Assembly (NCBI GenBank): GCA_946630435.1
Contig: CAMOYS010000001.1
Coordinates: forward strand, 7,433-71,432
Length of the DNA stretch: 64,000 bases
DNA from: an uncultured Bacillales bacterium
GTDB taxonomy: Bacteria > Bacillota_I > Bacilli_A > RFN20 > CAG-826
Direction: 5' to 3'
A program made the position numbers and the translations under genes. Shown here in pieces: positions 39,142 to 48,335 of the stretch (the first letter of the stretch is position 1; every line of letters starts with the position of its first letter). The notes below the pieces were generated by a model. That model searched no databases, was not told where the DNA came from, and worked only from the letters and a program-made list of their open reading frames with translations.

Positions 39142-40371
39142 TTATAACATATCATCTTCTTTTTTGTTAAGGTTAATTACATCCATGAATCTAGCCTTAG
39201 CTTTTTGGAAATCACTATAAGTGTTATCGTAATTTGATAAGGCGCTTAAATTCTCATAGAAATAGTTAAATAAGAAGAAATGGAAGATGACATAGTTCAC
39301 ACTGACGAGGTGATTCATGATCATGAGTAGGACCGCTAATGCCAGATTCACAAACATCATTAGGGTCCTACGCATGGAGATGTTGAAGCCAAATTTACGG
39401 GATTTTTGATTTAAGATAATTATTTCTGATATGAACTCTGGTTCTTCGAGTTCTTTGTCATTTAGAGTTTTTGTTTCGGCTTCACTTATCTCTTTAAATG
39501 ACTCTTTCTCTTTAGAGAATAATGTAAGAGCAAGAGTAATTACCATGATGATTATTAAAGGAAATGCGGAGTAGACATCGTTTAAAAGAAGTACAAAAAG
39601 AATTGATCCTAGGACTAAAAGGGATGCCTGAGAAGTACGTGGCAATTCGAATTGTAGACGTTTGGTTTTATGGTATAAGACGAAACGATCCTTTCTCTTA
39701 TTGCCGCAATTCTTAAAGAAATCACTCAGGTATTCACTATCAAACCATTCAATACACTTTAGGGTGTACCAATTGGTTAATAGTTCGGATAGGGAGAATA
39801 GTACGAGGAAAATAATCGGAAGAAAAATGAATTCATCAGCTTTTACAAAGTAAAGTCCGAAGGCAATTAGAGCAACCGAAAGGAAAGGCATAAGAGCAAG
39901 AAAGACAGACTTGCTAGTAGCTAGTAAATGCTGTTCTTTTGCTTCGACTTTACTGGCTTGACCGATGGAAACTATCTCCAAATATTCTCCATTAAATAAG
40001 GAATTAAAGGTAGAAAGTGACTCCTTTTTTATCCCCCTGGCTGGATCTAAGTATCTCACTTTATCTTTATTGATACTTAACACAACGACTGCGTGACGAG
40101 AGTACTTCTCGCCCCCATCATCAAGAAGCGCTATCAAAGGAAAATGATATTTCTCGTCCATGTGTGAATCTTTGTCACGAAAACCGTTCAGAATCAGCCC
40201 ATAACTGTGTGCGATATCGATAATTTCGTGAAATGAAAAATCCTCGTTGCGTTTGCCTGGCTTTTCAATGTATAAGTACCCCCTATTTTTATACACGTTC
40301 GCTAAAAGGATTTTTAAAGCAGCGAAACCGCAGTCGTGATCGTTGCCTTGGTAGATAAAGTATTTTTTCAT
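39142..40371 (-). CDS. peptidase C39-like domain fused to a polytopic membrane domain (no ABC ATPase)
   Basis: The N-terminal roughly 140 aa match the C39 bacteriocin-processing peptidase core (QGNDHDCGFAALKILL with the catalytic Cys, and HAVVVL...YLDPARG with the His). At least 5 transmembrane helices follow. The 409-aa protein ends with no nucleotide-binding domain. Confidence 0.6.
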   Translation of the reverse strand: MKKYFIYQGNDHDCGFAALKILLANVYKNRGYLYIEKPGKRNEDFSFHEIIDIAHSYGLILNGFRDKDSHMDEKYHFPLIALLDDGGEKYSRHAVVVLSINKDKVRYLDPARGIKKESLSTFNSLFNGEYLEIVSIGQASKVEAKEQHLLATSKSVFLALMPFLSVALIAFGLYFVKADEFIFLPIIFLVLFSLSELLTNWYTLKCIEWFDSEYLSDFFKNCGNKRKDRFVLYHKTKRLQFELPRTSQASLLVLGSILFVLLLNDVYSAFPLIIIMVITLALTLFSKEKESFKEISEAETKTLNDKELEEPEFISEIIILNQKSRKFGFNISMRRTLMMFVNLALAVLLMIMNHLVSVNYVIFHFFLFNYFYENLSALSNYDNTYSDFQKAKARFMDVINLNKKEDDML

Positions 40372-40542
40372 ACTAATTTCCCCCTACACCATTAAGTAGG
40401 GATTTTTTTGGAAAAAGTGCTCAAAAATTTTAGTATTAAAAAAGATGTATCTTTGATACATAATCACTAAATAAATTTTTCACATTTTTTCGAAAACTTA
40501 TTATTAAATGAAAAAAATTCCCGTTTTGGACAGGAACTTTTC

Positions 40543-41670
40543 TTATTTGTCTAAGCGTTTATCATCCATATAAACTTCATCGATTGTGCCACTAGCAATG
40601 AGCCTACCATCTTTAGAATAGAAGACTGCTTCTTGACCAGTTGTGACTGCTTTATATGGAGTGTAGGTACAGATTATTTTATCCCCTACTTTATCAATTG
40701 TAGCTGGGTGATCTTTTTGACGATATCTAAATTTAGCGCCTACTTCGATTGGGAATTCTTGGTTAGGGTCAATAACATTTATCTTGTTTACGATACATTT
40801 ATTAGACATTAAATAGGATTCGACTTCACCTCTTGTAACGTAAAGAATATTCTTTTTAGCGTCTTTTTTAACGATGAACCAACCGGTAGCTTTTTCACCG
40901 CTTATGCCACCTATTCCTAAGCCTTTATGTTGCCCGATAGTGTAATAATACACTCCGTTATGTTTTCCGATAACTTTATTAGTGTCAATATCAACAATAT
41001 CTCCTTTTTGAGCAGGGATATAATTCTTTAAGAATTCACGGAAATTTCTTTCCCCGATAAAACACACTCCAGTGGAATCTTTTTTATTTGCGACTGCTAA
41101 ATCTAGTTTACTAGCGATATCTCTTACTTCTTCTTTAGTGAGATCTGCTAATGGGAATAAACAAGATTTAATTTGCTCTTCATTTATTTGACTTAAGAAA
41201 TAAGTTTGGTCTTTATTATCATCCTTACATTTACATAAGAATTCGTGACCATTATATGTGGTTTTCTTCGCGTAATGCCCCATTGCAATCTTATCAAAGC
41301 CATTCTTCTTCGCGAACTCTAAAAAGGCATCAAACTTAATATATTTATTACATAAAATATCTGGGTTTGGGGTTCTTCCACATTCATATTCAGAGATAAA
41401 GAAAGAGAAGACATGGTCCCAATATTCTTTGATAAAGTCAACACGTAAAAGAGGAATATCAAGAGCCTTAGCCACTATTAAAGCGTCTTCATAATCCTTT
41501 TCTTGTGGGCATTGGTCATCTTTAATAGTAGGATTTCCTAAAATATCGTTATTAGTGAAAGCATCCCAGTTACGCATAAAACAGCCGGATACTTCATATC
41601 CTTCTTTCTTAAGAAGATAAGCCGCAACTGCGCTATCAACACCACCGGAAAGACCGACTAATACTTTCAT
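40543..41670 (-). CDS. mnmA: tRNA-specific 2-thiouridylase MnmA
   Basis: 375 aa with the PP-loop SGGVDS and a catalytic Cys pair. Confidence 0.9.
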   Translation of the reverse strand: MKVLVGLSGGVDSAVAAYLLKKEGYEVSGCFMRNWDAFTNNDILGNPTIKDDQCPQEKDYEDALIVAKALDIPLLRVDFIKEYWDHVFSFFISEYECGRTPNPDILCNKYIKFDAFLEFAKKNGFDKIAMGHYAKKTTYNGHEFLCKCKDDNKDQTYFLSQINEEQIKSCLFPLADLTKEEVRDIASKLDLAVANKKDSTGVCFIGERNFREFLKNYIPAQKGDIVDIDTNKVIGKHNGVYYYTIGQHKGLGIGGISGEKATGWFIVKKDAKKNILYVTRGEVESYLMSNKCIVNKINVIDPNQEFPIEVGAKFRYRQKDHPATIDKVGDKIICTYTPYKAVTTGQEAVFYSKDGRLIASGTIDEVYMDDKRLDK

Positions 41671-42119
41671 TTAATAATTTCCTTACTATCTAAAATCAAA
41701 GTGAATGGACCATCATTTGTAAAATCTAATTTCATATCGGCACCGAATATGCCTTCTACAATATGAAGATTTGATTCATGAAGCTTTGTATTGAAATAAA
41801 GATATAATTCTTTAGCTTCATCAGGTCTCATACAATCAGTGAAGGAAGGTCTTCTTCCCTCTTTCACGTTAGCATATAAAGTGAATTGGGAGATTGACAT
41901 TAGTTCACCATTAATATCGTTTAAGGATAGGTTTGTTTTCCCATTTTCATCCGGGAATATCCTTAAGGATAAAAGTTTATTTACCATCTTATCGACGGTT
42001 TCTTTATTATCACCACTAGTAAAAGACACTAAAAGGAGAAGACCTTTTTTGATCTCACCTTTAAGCTCATTATCAATTATAAGTTTCGCATCAATAGCGT
42101 TTTGAGTGATAATTCTCAT
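41667..42119 (-). CDS. dtd: D-aminoacyl-tRNA deacylase
   Basis: 150 aa with SQFTL, RPSF and NDGPFT motifs. Confidence 0.9.
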   Translation of the reverse strand: MRIITQNAIDAKLIIDNELKGEIKKGLLLLVSFTSGDNKETVDKMVNKLLSLRIFPDENGKTNLSLNDINGELMSISQFTLYANVKEGRRPSFTDCMRPDEAKELYLYFNTKLHESNLHIVEGIFGADMKLDFTNDGPFTLILDSKEIIK

Positions 42120-42121
42120 GT

Positions 42122-43423
42122 TTATTTAACGTAAGCGTGAACAGTTGGAGGAGCTTGGACGAATTCATCAACAATAACAAAGGCTGATTCAATATCTCTA
42201 ACAACTTCTTCGATATTGTCTTTGTTGGTGTAAATTGTGCATAAAGTATCATCAACGTTAACTTTATCGCCAACTTTCTTACCTAAAACAATACCCGCAG
42301 ACATATCGATAATATCGTCAAATGTTTCTCTACCTGCACCTAAGCGCATTGCGCTTTCGCCAATTTCAAGAGCGACGATTTGTTTAACATAGCCAGGTTT
42401 AGTGGCTTTAACTTCAATGATATTTTTACTAACTTCAAATTTCTCTGGATGATCGATATAAGAAACATCTCCACCTTGAGCGATGACAAGTTCACGAAGT
42501 TTTTGGAAGGCACTACCATCAGCGATAACTTTCTTAAGCATTTCAATACCTTCTTCTTCTGAACTAACAACTTTAGCTTGTTCAAGCATAATTGCACCAG
42601 AATGGAGGCAGATATCAACGAAGTCTTTTGGACCTCTACCCTTAAGGGTCTCAATCGCTTCTTTAACTTCTAAGGAGTTACCAACGGCAAGACCTAAAGG
42701 TTGACTCATATCGGTTAAAACCGCACGGGTATCTTTACCTAAAGATTTACCGATATCCACCATTGTGTGAGCAAGTTTTAAAGCGTCATCATATGTTTTC
42801 ATGAAAGCACCATTACCGAATTTAACATCGAGTAAGATACAATCACTACCACTAGCGAGCTTTTTAGACATAATTGAGGCAGCGATAAGAGGTAAGGATT
42901 CAACAGTACCTGTGACATCTCTTAAGGCGTACATCTTTTTATCAGCAGGAACTAATGTTCCAGTTTGACCGATAATCGCTAAACCGATATCGTTCATTTG
43001 TTTCTTAAATTGTTCGACTGTTTCAAAGACATTTAAGCCTGGAATGGATTCAAGTTTATCTAATGTACCTCCGGTATGACCTAAACCACGACCGGACATT
43101 TTTGCGACTTTAACACCGCAAGCGGCAACCATTGGACCGACTGCTAAGGAAGTTTTATCACCAACACCACCAGTGGAATGCTTATCAACTTTGATACCTT
43201 TAATATCACTTAAGTCAACGATATCTCCAGAAACTCTCATTGTTTCTGTAAGAGTAACGATTTCACGGTTTGTCATGCCTTGGAAGACAATCGCCATAAA
43301 TAAAGCTGAGATTTGATAATCAGGGATTGAGCCATTAACGTACCCGTTAACAAAAAACTTAATCTCTTTATCTGTTAATTCTTTACCTTCTCTTTTTTTG
43401 ACAATTATATCTACCATTCGCAT
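42122..43423 (-). CDS. pdp: pyrimidine-nucleoside phosphorylase
   Basis: 433 aa of the glycosyltransferase family 3 type, with KHSTGGVGDKTSL. Confidence 0.9.
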   Translation of the reverse strand: MRMVDIIVKKREGKELTDKEIKFFVNGYVNGSIPDYQISALFMAIVFQGMTNREIVTLTETMRVSGDIVDLSDIKGIKVDKHSTGGVGDKTSLAVGPMVAACGVKVAKMSGRGLGHTGGTLDKLESIPGLNVFETVEQFKKQMNDIGLAIIGQTGTLVPADKKMYALRDVTGTVESLPLIAASIMSKKLASGSDCILLDVKFGNGAFMKTYDDALKLAHTMVDIGKSLGKDTRAVLTDMSQPLGLAVGNSLEVKEAIETLKGRGPKDFVDICLHSGAIMLEQAKVVSSEEEGIEMLKKVIADGSAFQKLRELVIAQGGDVSYIDHPEKFEVSKNIIEVKATKPGYVKQIVALEIGESAMRLGAGRETFDDIIDMSAGIVLGKKVGDKVNVDDTLCTIYTNKDNIEEVVRDIESAFVIVDEFVQAPPTVHAYVK

Positions 43424-43510
43424 AAATAAACTTCCTCCTCATTAGATAGAATAGTAAATTATACCAACTTTTCTTATTTTATTAAATAAGTTTCGCTCTC
43501 ATTTTGCATA

Positions 43511-43549
43511 TTTGAGACAAATTTTCCCAAAGAGCCGACTTCCTATATG
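43511..43549. repeat. motif copy 3 (TTTGAGACAAATTTTCCCAAAGAGCCGACTTCCTATATG)
   Basis: It lies in the divergent pdp/rsmF-like promoter region and is flanked by TTTTGCATA and ATTTGCATA direct repeats. Confidence 0.7.
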
Positions 43550-43586
43550 AAATTTGCATAGAAGTGGATGAATAATTATTTTATAA

Positions 43587-44879
43587 TTGAACCGAAATTA
43601 TATGGAAAAATTTAAAGAACATCTTCAAAAATATCTTGATGAGAAGACTATTTCTAGCCTCATTGATTCTTTTAGTAAAAAAGAACAAAAAGGTTTGTTT
43701 TTGAATTATCTGAAAATCAATGATGAAGAATTTTTAAAAGAATTCCCTTTCGTTAAACTTCACCCATATGTCGAGCATGGCTATCTTTACGATAAAGATG
43801 ATTATAATTTTGGAACATCATTAATCCATGAGCTTGGTGGAGTTTATATTCAAGATCCATCCGCGATGATTGTTTCTTCCCTTCTACCTATTAATGAAAA
43901 CGATTTAATTCTTGATATGTGTTCCGCTCCTGGAGGAAAGCTTGTTCAAGCCTCTTTAGCGCTTCAAAATAAAGGCCAAATTTTAGCGAACGATCTCTCA
44001 TTTTCGCGTGCTTTAACCTTGTTAAGTAACGTTGAAAGAATGGGTTTAGATAATGTTACAGTTACTTCTTTAGACTTTAAGAGAATCTATAAGAATCTTC
44101 CTAATTATTTTTCTAAAATCATCCTTGATGCACCTTGCTCAGGAAGTGGAATGTTTAGAAAAGATGAAAAGATGATTAAAGACTGGACTTATGAGAAAGT
44201 TATTAAAAATAGCATCATTCAAAAAGAATTAATTGATATGGCTATTTATATGCTTAAAGATGGCGGAACCTTAATCTATTCAACCTGTTCTTATTCATAT
44301 GAAGAAGATGAAGAAATCGTAGAATATGCGTTAAATAATCACAAAGACATTCACCTTATTAATATAAATAATAATATAAAGGGATATCGAGACCCTTCTT
44401 ATAAAGAAACAATCCACCTTTTCCCTTCGATTAATGATGGCGAAGGCCAATATATCGCCATGTTTAGAAAAGATGGTGTTTTAGCCAATAAAAAATTAGA
44501 ACCTCAATTAATTACAAAAGAGAATAAATCCAAAGGCGGAAAACGCATTATCGAAACTTATAAAGTTAACCATCTATTTAAAGATGAAATAATGAAATAC
44601 GCTATCCGTCCTGGAACATTTGTGTCCACCACTTACGATGGCAAAAACGATTTAAAATATGAACATCATTACGCAAGAACTCAACTCTTTGGGAAAAATT
44701 GTCTCAATATTTCAAGAGAAGATACTCTTAAATTTATTAAAGGGGAGCCAATAAAAGTTGATTCAGACTTAGAACACATCTTCCCTACTTATAACGGCTT
44801 AACAATCGGCTATATGAGCAATAAAAAAGGGGTAAGTAAGAATTACTACCCCAAAGGTTTAAGAAAGATAATTAATTAA
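43587..44879 (+). CDS. RsmB/RsmF (NOL1/NOP2/Sun) family rRNA cytosine-C5 methyltransferase
   Basis: 430 aa with the SAM-binding DMCSAPGGK and catalytic DAPCSG...TCS motifs, and an RsmF-like C-terminal extension. Confidence 0.8.
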   Translation: MNRNYMEKFKEHLQKYLDEKTISSLIDSFSKKEQKGLFLNYLKINDEEFLKEFPFVKLHPYVEHGYLYDKDDYNFGTSLIHELGGVYIQDPSAMIVSSLLPINENDLILDMCSAPGGKLVQASLALQNKGQILANDLSFSRALTLLSNVERMGLDNVTVTSLDFKRIYKNLPNYFSKIILDAPCSGSGMFRKDEKMIKDWTYEKVIKNSIIQKELIDMAIYMLKDGGTLIYSTCSYSYEEDEEIVEYALNNHKDIHLININNNIKGYRDPSYKETIHLFPSINDGEGQYIAMFRKDGVLANKKLEPQLITKENKSKGGKRIIETYKVNHLFKDEIMKYAIRPGTFVSTTYDGKNDLKYEHHYARTQLFGKNCLNISREDTLKFIKGEPIKVDSDLEHIFPTYNGLTIGYMSNKKGVSKNYYPKGLRKIIN

Positions 44880-45289
44880 AGTGTAGATAGTTGAGAAGCG
44901 ATAACGGCGTTTTCCGTTCCAACATAACAGAATTGTTTGTGTTGTCCAGAAGCTGCTCCTTCAGGAACTGATACCGATTTAATTGCATCAGCGGATTTTG
45001 CATCCCACCACGCTTTAGCGTGCTCTTCGTTATCAAAGAACCAAGCAAATAATAATTCGGTTGAAGGTTCTCCTGAAACATCAATATAAATCTTCCCAGC
45101 TTCTAAATAATATTGGAAGCCTTCAGCACCTGTGGCAGGACCACCGTAATCTCTATCGGACTTATATTGAACGCTATAGCCTTCTTTAGTTAATCTTTTC
45201 TCGCATTCAAGAACATCGCTTGTTGATCCACAAGAAGCAAGAAGCATTGTAGATGCAAGTGCGAGCGAAAATGTTCTAATTAAGTTCAT
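44876..45289 (-). CDS. small lipoprotein, paralog 1 (unknown function)
   Basis: 137 aa with a lipobox (LLASCGS). An AGGGGG SD sequence lies upstream. It is paralogous to the next gene. Confidence 0.65.
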   Translation of the reverse strand: MNLIRTFSLALASTMLLASCGSTSDVLECEKRLTKEGYSVQYKSDRDYGGPATGAEGFQYYLEAGKIYIDVSGEPSTELLFAWFFDNEEHAKAWWDAKSADAIKSVSVPEGAASGQHKQFCYVGTENAVIASQLSTL

Positions 45290-45326
45290 TGGAATTCCCC
45301 CTTTTAAAATTGTTAATTATTTATAA

Positions 45327-45710
45327 TTAGAAAGCGCCAAAGCCAGCGTCTTTAACAGCTTGTTCATGGCCAACATAAACAACGTTGTTATGAACGCCAG
45401 TTTTTAATGTTTCACTGACTAATTTAGATGCAGCAGCATCCCACATTTTGTTAGCGGATTCAATATCAACAAAGAAATATGCGTTAAGCATAATGGCGCC
45501 ATCGCCATTTGAAACTTTTGTAGCGGTTAAATAATGTTCGAAGCCTTCTAATGGAAGATCTTTTGGTGCATCAGAAGCAGCGTAAAGAGAAACGCTATAC
45601 TTTAAATCTGTAAGTTTTGTTTTAACACCGTTTGGATCAACTTTGGCTTGGCAGCTACCTAAGACTAGTGTAGAAGCCATAAGTAAAGTTAAAGTTTTAA
45701 TTGATTTCAT
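45327..45710 (-). CDS. small lipoprotein, paralog 2 (unknown function)
   Basis: The lipoprotein signal is MKSIKTLTLLMASTLVLGSC. The start was moved to the Met at 45710, which has an AAGGAG SD 8 nt upstream; the track ORF extends to 45755. It shares YFF.D.E.A.K.WDA and YVG motifs with paralog 1. Confidence 0.65.
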   Translation of the reverse strand: MKSIKTLTLLMASTLVLGSCQAKVDPNGVKTKLTDLKYSVSLYAASDAPKDLPLEGFEHYLTATKVSNGDGAIMLNAYFFVDIESANKMWDAAASKLVSETLKTGVHNNVVYVGHEQAVKDAGFGAF

Positions 45711-45805
45711 ATACTTATATCTCCTTTTATATGATGTAATCATTATATTTTTCATTTATAGTGAATTCAATTTTTTATTAAAAAACTATCAGAAATCCCA
45801 TCAAT

Positions 45806-45838
45806 GGGAAAAATTTCCCAAAGAGCCGATTTCTTAAT
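45806..45838. repeat. motif copy 4 (GGGAAAAATTTCCCAAAGAGCCGATTTCTTAATG)
   Basis: It lies upstream of lipoprotein paralog 2 and is preceded by the palindrome TCCCATCAATGGGA. Confidence 0.65.
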
Positions 45839-45839
45839 G

Positions 45840-45867
45840 AAAAAAAGAAGCCCATTTCTGAGCTTCT
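45840..45867 (-). terminator. terminator of the nusA-infB-rbfA operon
   Basis: Minus strand: AGAAGCTCAGAAATGGGCTTCT hairpin then TTTTTTT. Confidence 0.75.
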
Positions 45868-45872
45868 AAGTT

Positions 45873-46205
45873 TTATAAACCTTTTTTAATTAATTCTTCA
45901 AGATGTTCAGCTTTTTCATATGAATCATCAAGAACAAATGTAATTTCAGGTGTTTTACGAATATCGAGTTTTTTCGCTAAGGAGGAACGAATAAACCCTT
46001 TGCATTTATTTAATGCTTGTAAGTTTTCTTGAGGATTTTTGCTTCCAAGGAAGGAAACATAGACTTTTGCGTAAGAGAAATCAGTGGATACTTTGACTTC
46101 TTGAATAGTTACAAATCCAATATGAGGATTTTTGACTTCAAATTGGATGATTTCAGTTATGTTTTTACCGATAACTGATTGAATTCTTTGGGTGCGATCC
46201 GCCAT
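45873..46205 (-). CDS. rbfA: ribosome-binding factor A
   Basis: 110-aa KH-fold RbfA, downstream of infB. Confidence 0.85.
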   Translation of the reverse strand: MADRTQRIQSVIGKNITEIIQFEVKNPHIGFVTIQEVKVSTDFSYAKVYVSFLGSKNPQENLQALNKCKGFIRSSLAKKLDIRKTPEITFVLDDSYEKAEHLEELIKKGL

Positions 46206-48037
46206 TAGGCTTTCTCCACCATTTCGTAACCTTCAATAATGTCCATTTCTTTAATATCGTTGAAGTTTTCGATGCTAATACCACATTCGAAACCTTCTCT
46301 AACTTCTTTCGCGTCGTCTTTAAATCTCTTTAAGGAAGCAATCTTACCAGTATAGGTAATTACCCCATTACGAAGTAATCTAATCATGGAATTCGCTTTA
46401 ATTGTGCCACTTGTAACATAGCAGCCAGCGATTGTTCCAACTTTAGAAATCTTAATCGTGGTTCTAACTTCAGCTTGTCCGGTAACTTGTTCGACTTTTT
46501 CTTTCTTAAGCATACCTTTCATCGCATCTTGCATCTCGTTTAATAAGTCATAGATGATTTGATAAAGTCTAATTTCAACTTTCTCTTGTTCAGCCTTTTG
46601 ACTAATCATGCTAGATGGTCTGACATTGAAACCATAAATAATAGCGTTACCAGCGCTAGCGAGCATAATATCACTTTCAGTGATAGCGCCTGCACTAGCA
46701 TGGATAACTTTAATGTGAACTTGGTCATTGGATAACTTCTCTAATGAAGCTTTAATTGCTTCAGCAGATCCGTTAGTGTCACATTTTAAGATAACATTGA
46801 TATCTTGAACTTCACCTTCATGAATACGGTTATATAAGTCATCAAGGGAACGAGCGCTTGTCGCGTTTTGAGTTTCCTCTTTCTTCGCTAAAGCACGTTT
46901 GAAGGCAATATCTCTAGCTTGTCTTTCAGTTGGGAAAGCCATAAATTTATCACCAGCATTAGGAACTTCACTTAAACCAATAACACTTACTGGAGTGGAT
47001 GGAGTTGCTACTTTTAAGGTCGCTCTATGTTCGTTAGACATACGTCTAATTTTACCATAAGCAGTACCCACGACAACGTAGTCTTGGAATGATAAAGTAC
47101 CATTTTGGACTAAAAGGGTAGCCTTTGGACCTTCACCTTTATCAAGGTTAGCTTCAATAACTGTACCAATCGCAAAACGATTTGGATTTGCTTTAAGTTC
47201 AAGGATTTCAGCGGTTACAAGAATTGCTTCGAGTAATTGCTTAATACCAATTTGTTTTTTGGCAGAGATATCGCAGAAGATAGTGTCACCACCATATTCT
47301 TCTGGGATGATATCATAGGCCATGAGTTCGTTACGAATCTTCTCAGTATTAGCCCCTTCTTTATCGATTTTATTAACAGCGACAATAATTGGGACATTAG
47401 CCGCTTTAGCGTGGTCAATAGCTTCAATTGTTTGAGGCATGACTCCGTCATCGGCAGCGACAACTAAGACGACAATATCGGTAACAGAAGCACCCCTAGA
47501 ACGCATCGCAGTGAATGCTTCGTGCCCTGGAGTGTCTAAGAAGGTAATCTTTTGACCATCGATTTCTTTTTGATAAGCACCGATAGCTTGGGAGATACCC
47601 CCTACTTCTTTAGCGACAAGGTTTGAATTACGGATTGCGTCAATTAATGTTGTTTTACCATGGTCAACGTGACCCATGATAGTGACAACTGGAGGACGTG
47701 GAAGTAAATCTTCTGGCTTATCGACAATGTCGAGTTCTTCGAAGTTTTCTTCACTAACAATCTTTTCTTTCTTAAAGTCGTAACCGAATTCAAGGCAGAT
47801 TTCCCCAATTGTATCATCATCTAGAGTTTGGTTAATGGTGACCATCTTCTTATTCATAAAGAGGAATTTGATGATGTTACTTGCGGGAATATTTAATTGT
47901 TTAGAGAGTTCACCTAAAGTCATTTCTTTGTTATAAACAAAGACACCATTAGATACTTTAGGGCCTTCTTTTTTGTTACTACTATTTGAGGAAGGAATAT
48001 TGCTTCTTCTATTATCGTTTTTATTAAATTTAGCCAT
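46205..48037 (-). CDS. infB: translation initiation factor IF-2 (short form)
   Basis: 610 aa with a G domain ([18 protein letters not shown]) and beta-barrel domains. Confidence 0.95.
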   Translation of the reverse strand: MAKFNKNDNRRSNIPSSNSSNKKEGPKVSNGVFVYNKEMTLGELSKQLNIPASNIIKFLFMNKKMVTINQTLDDDTIGEICLEFGYDFKKEKIVSEENFEELDIVDKPEDLLPRPPVVTIMGHVDHGKTTLIDAIRNSNLVAKEVGGISQAIGAYQKEIDGQKITFLDTPGHEAFTAMRSRGASVTDIVVLVVAADDGVMPQTIEAIDHAKAANVPIIVAVNKIDKEGANTEKIRNELMAYDIIPEEYGGDTIFCDISAKKQIGIKQLLEAILVTAEILELKANPNRFAIGTVIEANLDKGEGPKATLLVQNGTLSFQDYVVVGTAYGKIRRMSNEHRATLKVATPSTPVSVIGLSEVPNAGDKFMAFPTERQARDIAFKRALAKKEETQNATSARSLDDLYNRIHEGEVQDINVILKCDTNGSAEAIKASLEKLSNDQVHIKVIHASAGAITESDIMLASAGNAIIYGFNVRPSSMISQKAEQEKVEIRLYQIIYDLLNEMQDAMKGMLKKEKVEQVTGQAEVRTTIKISKVGTIAGCYVTSGTIKANSMIRLLRNGVITYTGKIASLKRFKDDAKEVREGFECGISIENFNDIKEMDIIEGYEMVEKA

Positions 48038-48042
48038 AATAG

Positions 48043-48306
48043 TTAAACTCCTTTCTTAATAATTTCTTCAATTTCAATATATAAGCTTTCGGGAACTTCA
48101 CACTCAAAGGCTCTTTCGAATACTTTTTTCTTTTTAGCAAGAGTTAAAGCATCCATTGATTTTGAGATATAAGCTCCTCTACCATTCGCTTTAGATGTTA
48201 AATCCACGAAGATATTCCCCTCTTTAGATTTAACAACACGAAGAAGATCTTCCTTAGGAAGCATCGTATTTGTGGCTAAGCATTTTCTAAGTATAATCTT
48301 CTTCAT
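48043..48306 (-). CDS. ylxR: YlxR-family (DUF448) RNA-binding protein
   Basis: 87 aa lying between nusA and infB, as in B. subtilis. Confidence 0.75.
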   Translation of the reverse strand: MKKIILRKCLATNTMLPKEDLLRVVKSKEGNIFVDLTSKANGRGAYISKSMDALTLAKKKKVFERAFECEVPESLYIEIEEIIKKGV

Positions 48307-48335
48307 ATATTATGTTCTTTCTTTGTTACGACAAA

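Noticed and set aside
44872-45084. 70-aa ORF overlapping lipoprotein paralog 1 in another frame
   Set aside because: It is nested in the better-supported lipoprotein gene, which has a lipobox and an SD sequence, and it has no independent signal.
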